Assembly: GCA_027023425.1 (NCBI GenBank)
Contig: JALVVL010000012.1
Span: 68,285 to 132,284, forward strand
DNA length: 64,000 bases
DNA from: Anaerolineales bacterium
GTDB taxonomy: Bacteria; Chloroflexota; Anaerolineae; Anaerolineales; DRMV01
Direction of reading: 5' to 3'
Numbering within the stretch: position 1 is the first letter of the stretch; each line of letters starts with the position of its first letter. Both the position numbers and the translations under genes were made by a program. The notes under the pieces are model-generated. The model saw only the letters and a list, made by a program, of their open reading frames with translations. It was not told the origin of the DNA and did not search any database. This document shows positions 7,696-15,878 of the stretch, one piece after another.

Positions 7696-8319
7696 ATGGG
7701 ACTTTTTAAGCGTAAGCAGAAGCAAAACCGTTTTATCCTTTTGTTGTTGCAACAAGCCGAACTCACGCTTGAAGGCTTCAACATCCTGCAAGAATACATG
7801 AGCCAACCCGATGAAAAACTGGCACAGCGCATCCGTGAGGTGGAAAAAGAGGCGGATGAGGTGCGCCGCATTCTGATTGACGAGTTGAACCGCACTTTTG
7901 TGACACCGTTTGACCGCGAGGATATTTTTGCCCTTTCGCTCACCATTGACGACATGCTGGACTACGCCTACACCACCGTTGACGAAATGGAAATTTTCCA
8001 AGCCGAGCCGAACGAATACCTGCGGCGCATGGTGTCGCTTTTGCACGATGCGGCAATGGAAATTTACCGCGGGGTGCAACGGCTTGGCGAGCACCCCGGC
8101 GTCGCAAATGAGCACGCAGTGCGTGCCAAGGCGCTGGAAAACCGCGTGGAAAAGGTTTATCGCGAAGCCCTTGCCCACCTTTTCAACACCCCGAAAACGC
8201 TTGACGACATTGTGGTAATGCTCAAATTGCGTGAAATCTACCGCCACCTTTCAAACGCTGCCGACCGCGGTGACGAGGCCGCTAATGTGATAGGCGATAT
8301 TGTGGTCAAGTGGTTGTGA
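7696..8319 (+). CDS. DUF47 / PhoU-like (Pit accessory, TIGR00153-type) protein
   Basis: The track ORF starts at 7615 inside the repeat. I prefer the ATG at 7696 after AGGAG. Helical repeats include EADEVRRILIDELNRTFVTPFDREDI...LNAADRGDEAANVIGDIVVK. No adjacent Pit transporter. Confidence 0.65.
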   Translation: MGLFKRKQKQNRFILLLLQQAELTLEGFNILQEYMSQPDEKLAQRIREVEKEADEVRRILIDELNRTFVTPFDREDIFALSLTIDDMLDYAYTTVDEMEIFQAEPNEYLRRMVSLLHDAAMEIYRGVQRLGEHPGVANEHAVRAKALENRVEKVYREALAHLFNTPKTLDDIVVMLKLREIYRHLSNAADRGDEAANVIGDIVVKWL

Positions 8320-8550
8320 GGAACCACAGATTACACAGATTTTACAGAAATAGGACTTACGCAGTTGCTCGTAGAAGCACTCGTTTTCATGTCATGGCGA
8401 GCCGCCGTAGGCGGCGAAGCCATCCCCCAGACGATGGGGGAGACCGCTTCGGCGGTCTACGACCGCCTCGCGGCGATATTGAGGAGAAGAACTGCGTAAC
8501 TCCTAAGAAAATTTGCGCAATTTGTGGTTTCTTCTTTGCGGTTTCTTTTT
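8320..8550 (+). repeat. Mosaic hairpin module L4 (A-like stub + F/B-like arm) split by H copy 2
   Basis: GAACCACAGATTACACAGATTTTACAGAAA (8320-8350) and AGAAAATTTGCGCAATTTGTGGTTTCTTCTTTGCGGTTTC (8506-8550) flank the H element. Confidence 0.7.
8351..8505 (+). mobile_element. MITE-like palindromic element H, copy 2 (intact, 155 bp)
   Basis: TA-GGACTTACGCAGTT ... AACTGCGTAACTCC-TA. Internal hairpins are ATGGCGAGCCGCC-GTAG-GCGGCGAAGCCAT and AGACCGC-TTCG-GCGGTCT. Confidence 0.8.
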
Positions 8551-8566
8551 GATTGGAGGCTTCGGA

Positions 8567-9538
8567 ATGCGTTTTCTCATTGCCGGGCTTGGCTCAATCG
8601 GTCGCCGCCACCTGCGGAATTTGCTCGCTCTGGGCGAGCGCGACATTGTGCTCTACCGCACCCACCGCTCCACCTTGCCTGATGATGAACTGGCGGGCTT
8701 CCCGACCGAAACCGACCTCCAAACCGCCTTGCGGCGATACCGCCCTGACGCGGTCATAGTAGCCAACCCGACAGCGTTGCACCTCGCGGTGGCAATTCCA
8801 GCGGCGCGGGCAGGCGCGCACTTGCTGTTGGAAAAGCCGGTCGCCCATGACCTAAGCGGCGTGGATGAGTTGCGCCGCGCTGTCCGCCAAAGCGGCGTGC
8901 GCGTGCTGGTTGCCTTCCAATTCCGCTTCCACCCCACCTTGCGACAAGTGCGGCAATGGCTCGCCGAGGGTGCAATCGGGCGCCCCCTTTTCGCCCGGGC
9001 CCACTGGGGTGAATACCTGCCCGATTGGCATCCGTGGGAGGATTACCGCCAAAGTTATGCCGCTCGTGCCGACCTCGGCGGCGGCGTTGTCCGCACCCTT
9101 TCCCACCCGCTTGACTACTTGCGCTTCCTGCTCGGGGAGGCCGACCTCGCGTGGGCTTTCACCGCCAAACTCAGCGACCTGCAACTTCAAGGCGTGGAAG
9201 ACACTGCCGAAATCGGCCTGCGATTCACAAACGGCGCGGTCGCCAGCGTCCACCTCAACTACCACCAGCGCCCGCCGGCGCACCACCTCACCGTGCTCGG
9301 CACTCAGGGCACAATACACTGGAATTACGCAAGCGGTGAGGCGCGCCTTTGGCGGGCAAATGCGGGTGAATGGGAAACCTCGCCGCTGCCGCCCAATTGG
9401 GAGCGCAACGCGATGTTTTTGGCCGAAATGCGGCACTTCCTGCAGGTGGTGCGAGGGGAGACCGAACCGATTTGCACCCTTGAAGATGGCATTGCTGTCC
9501 AGCGGCTTGTTTTATCTGCCCTCGGTGGCGAGCAGTAA
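8567..9538 (+). CDS. Gfo/Idh/MocA family oxidoreductase
   Basis: Start at ATG 8567 after GGAGG; the track start at 8513 lies in the repeat. N-terminal Rossmann motif MRFLIAGLGSIGRRHLRNL. Confidence 0.85.
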   Translation: MRFLIAGLGSIGRRHLRNLLALGERDIVLYRTHRSTLPDDELAGFPTETDLQTALRRYRPDAVIVANPTALHLAVAIPAARAGAHLLLEKPVAHDLSGVDELRRAVRQSGVRVLVAFQFRFHPTLRQVRQWLAEGAIGRPLFARAHWGEYLPDWHPWEDYRQSYAARADLGGGVVRTLSHPLDYLRFLLGEADLAWAFTAKLSDLQLQGVEDTAEIGLRFTNGAVASVHLNYHQRPPAHHLTVLGTQGTIHWNYASGEARLWRANAGEWETSPLPPNWERNAMFLAEMRHFLQVVRGETEPICTLEDGIAVQRLVLSALGGEQ

Positions 9539-9539
9539 T

Positions 9540-9567
9540 GTAACCTTTTCGCCCCTGCCTGCGTCTA
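9540..9567 (+). promoter_or_regulatory. Putative ECF-type (autoregulated) promoter
   Basis: GTAACC (9540-9545), 16 nt spacer, CGTCTA (9562-9567). This matches the AAC...CGTC pattern typical of ECF sigma promoters and lies ~50 nt upstream of the sigma gene. Confidence 0.4.
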
Positions 9568-9617
9568 AAAACCAGAGCAGTAGAGGCGACCATCCTGCTC
9601 AAAAGCGGAGAGCAAAC

Positions 9618-10205
9618 ATGAGTGCCAGTTCATACCCGAATGAAGCCGAATTGATAAAAGCCTTGCGGGCAGGTGAGGCGGCGGCATACGAGCAGTTGAT
9701 TGAGCAATATGCCGAAGTTGTGTACCGCACTGCCTACCGCTTGCTTCAAAACCCGCACGATGCCGAAGACGCTATGCAAGAGACTTTCCTCACGGTCTAC
9801 TTGCGGATAAACGAGTTTGAGGGCAAGGCGCGGCTTTCGTCATGGCTTTATCGCATTGTGACCAACAAAGCGCTGGATATTCTCCGCAAGCGCAGCCGCA
9901 AAACCGACGCGGCGACCGATTCCATTGACGACTTAAGCGAAGACGCCGCTGAACTTTTGGCCGACCAAGCGGCTGTTTTGCCCGAAGATTGGGCAGAGCG
10001 CCGCGAGACGGCGGCTCTTATCCGCGAGGGGCTTGAAAGCCTTTCGCCAAGTCTGCGGGCGGCATTTGTGCTGTTTGAAATGGAGGGTTTGAGCATGGAT
10101 GAGGTGGCCTCTGCGCTCAACATTTCCACCTCGGCGGCCAAAGTGCGCGTTCACCGCGCCCGTCGTGCTCTGCGAGATTACCTCCGCAAGCGCTTGGCCG
10201 CTTAA
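9618..10205 (+). CDS. RNA polymerase sigma factor, ECF (sigma-70 group 4) family
   Basis: The track ORF 8865-10205 has a spurious N-terminal extension. The real start is MSASSYPNE at 9618. Region 2: YRTAYRLLQNPHDAEDAMQETFL..SWLYRIVTN. Region 4: MEGLSMDEVASALNISTSAAKVRVHRAR. Confidence 0.9.
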   Translation: MSASSYPNEAELIKALRAGEAAAYEQLIEQYAEVVYRTAYRLLQNPHDAEDAMQETFLTVYLRINEFEGKARLSSWLYRIVTNKALDILRKRSRKTDAATDSIDDLSEDAAELLADQAAVLPEDWAERRETAALIREGLESLSPSLRAAFVLFEMEGLSMDEVASALNISTSAAKVRVHRARRALRDYLRKRLAA

Positions 10206-10231
10206 CCCCTCTTGTTTTAGGAGATTGCGCC

Positions 10232-11074
10232 ATGTTTAAGAAGGACCGCTCTTACGAAACCATGATTGCTGATTATTTGGATAACCTGCTGCCCGATGAC
10301 CTCAAGGCGAAATTTGAAAAGCGCCTGAAAGAGTCGCCTGCCCTTCGCAAAGCGGTGGATGAAATGCGCGCTTTGCGTGAAAAAGCAAAAGAGGCAACCG
10401 AGGGTGTGCTTTCGCCCGAGGCTAAGTTGCGGCTTTACGAGCGTTTGAACGAGGAGCGGGCACGTCGGGGCGAGGCCTTGCTCAAAATTCCGCAGGAATT
10501 GCTGGCGCTGGCAAAGGCAAAGGCTGCCGCGGCGGGTGATGCCGCCGCAGAAGTGGCAGGCGCGGGCGCAGACGCTTTCCGCACGGCCGCCAAAGGTGGT
10601 GCGAAAACAGCCGAAACCGCCGCTCGCAGCGTCGCCGAAACGGCAAAGCGGCTTGGCGATGCCGGTAAGGCCGTGGTGGAAGGAGGCTCGGAGATGGCGC
10701 GCGCCGGTCTTGAGACCGCTGCGGACGTCGCCTCAACATTGTCGGAAAGCGCAGAAGTGGTGAAAGATGTGGCGGATAGCCCGGTGAAAGGTGCGGTGAC
10801 TGCTCCACCCAAAATTGCGGGAAAAATGGCTAAGGCCGGTTTTCAGACAGCCAAGGGCATGGCTAAAACCGGCGCAAAGGCCGCCCAAACGGGGATCAAA
10901 GCCGCTGCTGAAACCGGTAAGGCTGCTGCTGAGGCCGCCAAAGGTACTTCTAAAACTACTGCCGAGGCCGTAAAAGCCGCTGCTGAAACGGCAAAGGCCA
11001 GCGCAGGCGTGCTGTCCGCGGCTGTAAAGGGCGCTAAAAAGGTGGCGAAAGCAAAGGATGAGGAGGAAGACTGA
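10232..11074 (+). CDS. Anti-sigma-factor-like protein with Ala/Lys/Thr/Glu-rich low-complexity C-terminus
   Basis: It lies immediately downstream of the ECF sigma gene. The N-terminus MIADYLDNLLPDDLKAKFEKRLKESPALRKAVDEMRAL resembles anti-sigma N-domains but has no Cys/His zinc ligands. I see no hydrophobic TM segment. Confidence 0.5.
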   Translation: MFKKDRSYETMIADYLDNLLPDDLKAKFEKRLKESPALRKAVDEMRALREKAKEATEGVLSPEAKLRLYERLNEERARRGEALLKIPQELLALAKAKAAAAGDAAAEVAGAGADAFRTAAKGGAKTAETAARSVAETAKRLGDAGKAVVEGGSEMARAGLETAADVASTLSESAEVVKDVADSPVKGAVTAPPKIAGKMAKAGFQTAKGMAKTGAKAAQTGIKAAAETGKAAAEAAKGTSKTTAEAVKAAAETAKASAGVLSAAVKGAKKVAKAKDEEED

Positions 11075-11547
11075 CAATCGGTGGATGAGAACCACAGATT
11101 ACACAGATTAGCGCAGATTTTTTCTGTGTTCTCTGCAAATTTCTGTGTTCTCTGTGGTTGTCTTTTTCAATCGGTGCAAATCTGTGCCAATCGGTGGATG
11201 ATAACTCAGAGACGTAGAGGAAACAGAGGCGCAGAGCGCAAAGAGGTTGACGCCAAGGTCGCCAAGATGACGCCAAGGTCGCCAAGAAAAAAATTTCTGT
11301 GTTCTCTGTAAATTTCTGTGTCTTCTGTGGTTTTCTTTTTTCAATCGGTGTAAATCTGTGTCAATCGGTGGATGATAACTCAGAGACGTAGAGGAAACAG
11401 AGGCGCAGAGCGCAAAGAGGTTGACGCCAAGGTCGCCAAGATGATGCCAAGGTCGCCAAGAAAAAAATTTCTGTGTTCTCTGTAAATTTCTGTGTCTTCT
11501 GTGGTTTTCTTTTTTCAATCGGTGTAAATCTGTGTCAATCGGTGGAT
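11075..11547 (+). repeat. Mosaic phased-repeat array L5 (forward), includes a near-identical 174/175-bp tandem duplication
   Basis: Module order c-A-B-C-E-D-B-C-E-D-B-C. C modules start at 11168, 11342 and 11517. The array begins at the first base after the anti-sigma stop. Confidence 0.9.
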
Positions 11548-11574
11548 AATAACCTACCATGCCGGCGCGCTGAT

Positions 11575-11612
11575 AAAAAATCCCCAACCCTGATGAAGGG
11601 TCGGGGATTTTC
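11575..11612 (-). terminator. Rho-independent (bidirectional-looking) terminator downstream of the octahaem cytochrome gene
   Basis: AATCCCCAACCCT-GATGA-AGGGTCGGGGATT, flanked by an A-run on the left and a T-run on the right. Confidence 0.7.
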
Positions 11613-11632
11613 GCTTTTAGCGGCCTTTCGGC

Positions 11633-12982
11633 TCACGGCTTCTCAATCTCACCAGTTTCCATGCGGTAGTTGTAGATATCCTGCATTTCATAGAGATTTT
11701 GTTGCAGGATGAAGAAGCCGTGCCAGTGTGCCCAGTCGGGGCCGCCCATCAAAGCGCCTTGACGTGCGCGCCGGCCTTGATGGTGCCAGAGGTGGTAGTA
11801 GAGAATTTGGAACCGGTCAGCCCACGGGTTCTTCTTGAGCAAGCCTTTGGCTTTGAGTTCATCCAGCATTTGCTTAGCCGGTGCGTAGTAGGCCTTGTTG
11901 TATAGTTCCACGGCTTTGTCTGCACTGGCGAAGTAGGAGTCCACCATAGTGCTGGAGTGGCACTGCATACAAACTTGCTTCATCTCCGCGCGGCCCTTTT
12001 CTGCGTGGCCGGTCAGCATGGACATTGGGTCGTCCGAATTGCGTGGCTTAGAAACTTTTGCCCACGCGTTCCAGTACAGCCGTTCGGAGACGTTGTGGGT
12101 TGGCTTGAGATTGCCGATGCCGCTCATGTGGCAGGTGGCGCAGGTGGGGGCGCGGTAATCGCCGGGCTCCCAGTCGCCGGGAGGGCTATCCCATTTCCAA
12201 GTTTCGCCCTCGGTGGCGTAGATTTGTCCGTGCTTGGTGTCTTCGTAAATCTCAATGTCGGGGTGGTCGGGCCCCAAGTGGCACGAGGCGCACGCTTCGG
12301 GATGGCGGGCTTCAGCAATACTGAACTTGTGGCGGGTGTGGCAAACGGTGCAGTTGCCGACCTCGCCGTTGGGGTAAATGTTGCCGATGCCCGAAGTGGG
12401 GTAAGTGTCCGGCGTTGGGATGCCGTGCTCATCCACCTTGATGCGTTTGCCATGGCATTGCATACAGCCAGTTTGCTCTGTTGCGTCGTCCAAGCCTTCA
12501 AAGTCGCGGCCTTCATGGTGATGAATCAGGGCTTGCATCGCGGGTTTGTTTTCTATTTGCAGGGCAGCGCGATGGTGACCGCTGGCGTTGAATTCCTTCA
12601 CTTCGTTGGGATGGCACTTAGCGCAGGTGGAAGGCGGCACCAGCATGGAGAGAGGCTCTTTGACGTTTTCGTGCCCTTTTATGCCTTTGAGGCGCATGGG
12701 CGAATCGGGCGTGGTTTCATGGCAATCCAGACAGGTTACGCCTTTTTGAGCATGAGCGCTGTGATCCCAGTCGTTTACCACGCCGGGGGTTTCTTTTGCA
12801 TGGCATTCAATGCAGGCTTTTGCCTCGGGTGTGATGCCCTTGGCGTGTGGGGCGACGCTTAGAGTTGGCTGTGGGGCGGCTTTCTTGGGTACTCCCCCGC
12901 AGGCGCTTAAGACGCCCGCACCTACAACTAATAGCCCTGCTATCAAAAGTGTGATGATGAGGATTCGGCGTTTGTTGTGCAT
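11633..12982 (-). CDS. Octahaem c-type cytochrome, hydroxylamine-oxidoreductase (HAO)-like family, lipoprotein
   Basis: Eight CxxCH motifs (CIECH, CLDCH, CAKCH, CMQCH, CTVCH, CASCH, CATCH, CMQCH) and no CxxCK. Lipobox LSACGG. The C-terminal YYHLWHHQGRRARQGALMGGPDWAHWHGF block recalls the HAO family. Confidence 0.75.
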   Translation of the reverse strand: MHNKRRILIITLLIAGLLVVGAGVLSACGGVPKKAAPQPTLSVAPHAKGITPEAKACIECHAKETPGVVNDWDHSAHAQKGVTCLDCHETTPDSPMRLKGIKGHENVKEPLSMLVPPSTCAKCHPNEVKEFNASGHHRAALQIENKPAMQALIHHHEGRDFEGLDDATEQTGCMQCHGKRIKVDEHGIPTPDTYPTSGIGNIYPNGEVGNCTVCHTRHKFSIAEARHPEACASCHLGPDHPDIEIYEDTKHGQIYATEGETWKWDSPPGDWEPGDYRAPTCATCHMSGIGNLKPTHNVSERLYWNAWAKVSKPRNSDDPMSMLTGHAEKGRAEMKQVCMQCHSSTMVDSYFASADKAVELYNKAYYAPAKQMLDELKAKGLLKKNPWADRFQILYYHLWHHQGRRARQGALMGGPDWAHWHGFFILQQNLYEMQDIYNYRMETGEIEKP

Positions 12983-13009
12983 ATATCCTCCTTCCGGGAT
13001 GGTTTTTGG

Positions 13010-13540
13010 TTAGTGGTATTTATTCGCCATTAAGTATTTGTTGAGCCCCTCGTGCCCTACTCCTTGATGGCAGTCAACACATTTGGCATCTATGACACCG
13101 GCAAAGTATTTTTCATGCGCCCCGTGGCCGGCCGCTATTTGCTGAAGGTTTTTGTGGCACTGCAGGCAACCGGAGTCGTAAACGTATTCGTTGCGCCGCT
13201 CCAAGTTTGCTTGCCAATCTAAACCTTCGGGATTGCCCAAAGTGTTGACCCAAATGTCAATACTCCCCGATTTTGTTTTAGAGAGCAGGTAGGAGAAAGC
13301 ATTTGTATGGGAGGTGTGGCAATCTGTGCATTTTGCCGCAACTCCGTACGGGTTGTTGCCGCCGTGCACGGATTGGTGGTAGGCCTCTACCATTGGTTTC
13401 ATCACATGGCACGATCCACAAAATTCTGTTCCTGAGGTCATTTCTATCCCAGTTTCTACCCCAACCCATGCAAGTGGTATGAGAAGTGCTACCACTATGA
13501 TGCCTACAATTATGTAAATACTCTTTTTGCTAACCCTCAT
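13010..13540 (-). CDS. NapC/NirT/NrfH family tetrahaem cytochrome c (membrane quinol dehydrogenase)
   Basis: N-terminal TM helix plus four CxxCH motifs (CGSCH, CTDCH, CLQCH, CVDCH). It ends 27 nt upstream of the octahaem gene. Confidence 0.85.
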   Translation of the reverse strand: MRVSKKSIYIIVGIIVVALLIPLAWVGVETGIEMTSGTEFCGSCHVMKPMVEAYHQSVHGGNNPYGVAAKCTDCHTSHTNAFSYLLSKTKSGSIDIWVNTLGNPEGLDWQANLERRNEYVYDSGCLQCHKNLQQIAAGHGAHEKYFAGVIDAKCVDCHQGVGHEGLNKYLMANKYH

Positions 13541-13622
13541 TTCACCTCCTTTCGTGGGCGTGCTTGGGCTGGAAAGTTGACGTTAAGAGTAAACATTAAC
13601 TGCAAATTAAAGCGATGCTCGC

Positions 13623-13651
13623 ATTCTAATCCCGTTTACCAGAAAAGTCAA
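13623..13651 (-). promoter_or_regulatory. Putative sigma70-type promoter of the nrfH-like/HAO-like operon
   Basis: On the minus strand: TTGACT (complement of 13646-13651), 17 nt spacer, TAGAAT (complement of 13623-13628). The region is AT-rich. Confidence 0.4.
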
Positions 13652-13701
13652 TTTTATTTACTATGAGGAAGAAAATTTTAAGTTTTCGGTAGCCTTCATT
13701 A

Positions 13702-14116
13702 GCGCCAAGGGTAACGCAGAGGCGCAGAGGAAACGGAGATGCAGAGACGCTGAAGGAAACCACAGATTACACAGATTAGCACAGATTTTTCTGCGGAATC
13801 TGCGGTTTCAGCAGCCAAATCGCTGTAAATCTGTGTCAATCGGTGGATAAGGACGCCAAGGACGCCAAGGGACGCAAAGGACGCCAAGAAAGTAACGCAG
13901 AGGCGCAAAGAAGCGCAAAGGACGCAAAGAGAAGTTTTTCTGTGTTCTCTGCAAGTTTCTGTGTTTTCTGTGGCTTGTGGCGTCGCTCCACCTACGACGC
14001 AACGACCCAACGACCCAACGACCCAACGACCTAACGACTCAACGACTCAACGACTCAACGCCCCAATCCCTCAGTACCTCAATCCTTCTCTTTCTGTGTT
14101 CTCTATGGTTTTCTGC
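13702..14116 (+). repeat. Mosaic phased-repeat array L6 (forward)
   Basis: Module order D-E-A-F-C-D-E-B-G, then CAATCCCTCAGTACCTCAATCC and a B-like stub. Confidence 0.9.
13993..14066 (+). repeat. Tandem 8-bp array (module G, forward): about 9 units of AACGACCC / AACGACCT / AACGACTC
   Basis: Direct reading; unit starts at 14001, 14009, 14017, 14025, 14033 and onward. Confidence 0.9.
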
Positions 14117-14147
14117 TATTTCTTGAGATGTCTGCTCGCATAAAACC

Positions 14148-14176
14148 TTGATAAATACGCGCTTGGTGAGTATAAT
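14148..14176 (+). promoter_or_regulatory. Near-consensus sigma70 promoter for tRNA-Pro
   Basis: TTGATA (14148-14153), 17 nt spacer, TATAAT (14171-14176). It ends 12 nt before the tRNA 5' end. Confidence 0.55.
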
Positions 14177-14188
14177 GCACCTCGCAGT

Positions 14189-14263
14189 CGGGGCGTGGCG
14201 CAGTCCGGCTAGCGCGCTTCAATGGGGTTGAAGAGGTCCCGAGTTCAAATCTCGGCGCCCCGA
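14189..14263 (+). tRNA. tRNA-Pro (anticodon GGG)
   Basis: Hand-folded cloverleaf. Acceptor CGGGGCG/CGCCCCG. D arm GCGC-AGTCCGGCTA-GCGC. Anticodon arm CTTCA-ATGGGGT-TGAAG with G37. T arm CCGAG-TTCAAAT-CTCGG. CCA is not encoded. Confidence 0.85.
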
Positions 14264-14265
14264 CT

Positions 14266-14292
14266 AATCCGGCCTTTTTAGGCCGGATTTTC
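14266..14292 (+). terminator. Hairpin terminator after tRNA-Pro
   Basis: AATCCGGCC-TTTTTA-GGCCGGATT followed by TT. Confidence 0.55.
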
Positions 14293-14353
14293 GCGTTTGG
14301 GGGATGGCGCACTTTGCTCGCTTTATTTTATCGCTCGGATTTTGCTTTTTCTC

Positions 14354-14382
14354 TTGCCAAAAAACGATTTTTATCCTATACT
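14354..14382 (+). promoter_or_regulatory. Putative dcw (mraZ) promoter
   Basis: TTGCCA (14354-14359), 17 nt spacer, TATACT (14377-14382). Confidence 0.45.
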
Positions 14383-14392
14383 GTGTGTACCT

Positions 14393-14417
14393 GTGGGTGA
14401 AAGTGTCGCGAAGTGGG
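14393..14417 (+). promoter_or_regulatory. Putative MraZ operator (three GTG-boxes at 10-bp spacing)
   Basis: GTGGG (14393), GTGTC (14403) and GTGGG (14413) lie directly downstream of the -10 box. This resembles the direct-repeat MraZ boxes described for mraZ promoters. Confidence 0.4.
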
Positions 14418-14463
14418 ACGCCGCGTGTCGGCGTCTTGGGCTTTAAAAGGCAAGGTAGAACGC

Positions 14464-14931
14464 ATGTTCTTGGGAAACTACAGGCATTCCATTGACAAGA
14501 AGGGGCGGCTTACTGTGCCGGCGCGCTTCCGCGAGGCTCTGAGCGAGGGCGCTTACCTGCTGCGCGGCTTTGAGCGCAACCTTATGGTGCTCACTGCTGC
14601 TGACTTTGAGCGAGTCTACCGCCGTGTGAACGCTCTGAGCATGACCGATCCCCTCGCCCGCCAACTCAAGCGCTTGATTTTCGCCACTGCCAGCCCCGTG
14701 GAAGTTGATAGAGCCGGTCGTATTCTGATCCCCCCTTATTTGCGTGAGGCCGTCGGTTTGGAGGATGAGGCTTTTGTGGTCGGCGTGGGCGATTACTTTG
14801 AAATTTGGCCTCCTGAGGGTTGGGAGGAGCAACTTTCCATCTTGGACGATGCCGAGGCCAACGCTCGCCGTTTCGCTGCGTTAGATCTCTCTTTGGAGCA
14901 TACCGGCGGTGAGCCCGATGAGCGAAGGTGA
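14464..14931 (+). CDS. mraZ: Transcriptional regulator MraZ
   Basis: MFLGNYRHSIDKKGRLTVPARFRE, with a second SpoVT/AbrB-like half (VEVDRAGRILIPPYLRE). The track start at 14413 is probably too early. Confidence 0.9.
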   Translation: MFLGNYRHSIDKKGRLTVPARFREALSEGAYLLRGFERNLMVLTAADFERVYRRVNALSMTDPLARQLKRLIFATASPVEVDRAGRILIPPYLREAVGLEDEAFVVGVGDYFEIWPPEGWEEQLSILDDAEANARRFAALDLSLEHTGGEPDERR

Positions 14932-15874
14932 GATTTGGCCTCACAGGCCGGTACTTTACCATAAAGTAATAGAGGCGCTGAACCCCCGCGCCGGCGGCCG
15001 CTATGTGGATGGCACTTTGGGCGCGGGCGGCCATGCTTTCGGCATTTTGGAGGCTTCTTCCCCAAACGGGCAATTGCTGGGCTTGGATGTTGACCCGCAG
15101 GCGCTGGAAATTGCCCGCCGCCGCTTAGCGCCGTTTGGTCAACGGGCAATCATCCGCCAAGGCTCTTACGCCAACCTGCAAGCGCACCTGCGCGCCGTCG
15201 GCTGGCTTGACGGCGTGGACGGCATTCTCTTAGACCTCGGCGTTTCCTCAATGCAACTTGACACTGCTGAGCGCGGGTTTTCCTTCCGGCACGATGCGCC
15301 GCTGGATATGCGCTTTGACCCTTCCCAGCCGCTCACCGCTGCCGATTTGGTGAATTCCCTGCCCGAAGAAGAGTTGGCCGATATTCTTTGGCGCTATGGC
15401 GAAGAGAAACGGGCGCGGCAGGTGGCGCGGGCAATTGTGCGCAACCGCCCAATAACCACCACCGCAGAACTGGCCGACATTGTGGCTTCGGCTACTTCGT
15501 CGGGCAAGCGCGGTATGCACCCTGCAACCCGCACTTTTCAGGCCTTGCGCATTGCCGTGAACCGCGAATTGCAGAATCTGGAGGCCGCCCTTCCGCAGGC
15601 GCTTGATGCTCTAAAGCCGCACGGCAGGCTGGTGGTTATTGCTTTCCATTCGCTGGAAGACAGGATTGTGAAGCATTTTATGCGCTCCGCGGCTGGCTAC
15701 TGCACTTGCCCGCCCGAACAGCCGTTGTGCGAATGTGAGCGCAAGGCCGTTGTCAGGCTGATTAAGCCTTTCCCGCTGATGCCCGGGGAAGAGGAGATTG
15801 CGCGAAACCCGCGTGCTCGCAGTGCTCGGCTGCGCGTGGCCGAAAAGTTGGCATTACACTTGCAAGGCAATTAG
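14909..15874 (+). CDS. rsmH: 16S rRNA (cytosine1402-N4)-methyltransferase
   Basis: HRPVLYHKVIEAL...YVDGTLGAGGHA...LLDLGVSSMQLD...FHSLEDRIVK. Confidence 0.9.
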   Translation: MSPMSEGEIWPHRPVLYHKVIEALNPRAGGRYVDGTLGAGGHAFGILEASSPNGQLLGLDVDPQALEIARRRLAPFGQRAIIRQGSYANLQAHLRAVGWLDGVDGILLDLGVSSMQLDTAERGFSFRHDAPLDMRFDPSQPLTAADLVNSLPEEELADILWRYGEEKRARQVARAIVRNRPITTTAELADIVASATSSGKRGMHPATRTFQALRIAVNRELQNLEAALPQALDALKPHGRLVVIAFHSLEDRIVKHFMRSAAGYCTCPPEQPLCECERKAVVRLIKPFPLMPGEEEIARNPRARSARLRVAEKLALHLQGN

Positions 15875-15878
15875 TGAT

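Noticed and set aside
13565-13620. A possible FNR/CRP-type site (TTAAC-TGCAA-ATTAA and neighbouring TTAAT repeats) upstream of the nrfH-like gene.
   Set aside because: The half-site spacing and sequence do not fit TTGAT-N4-ATCAA. The region is generally AT-rich, so such matches are expected. I cannot support it without comparative data.
14189-14263. An integrative element at tRNA-Pro or tRNA-Lys, prompted by the presence of a recombinase-family gene and tRNA genes in the same window.
   Set aside because: The recombinase-like gene is more than 10 kb from either tRNA. I found no duplicated tRNA 3' segment (attL/attR). The flanking genes are housekeeping genes (dcw cluster, comEC, rlmI).
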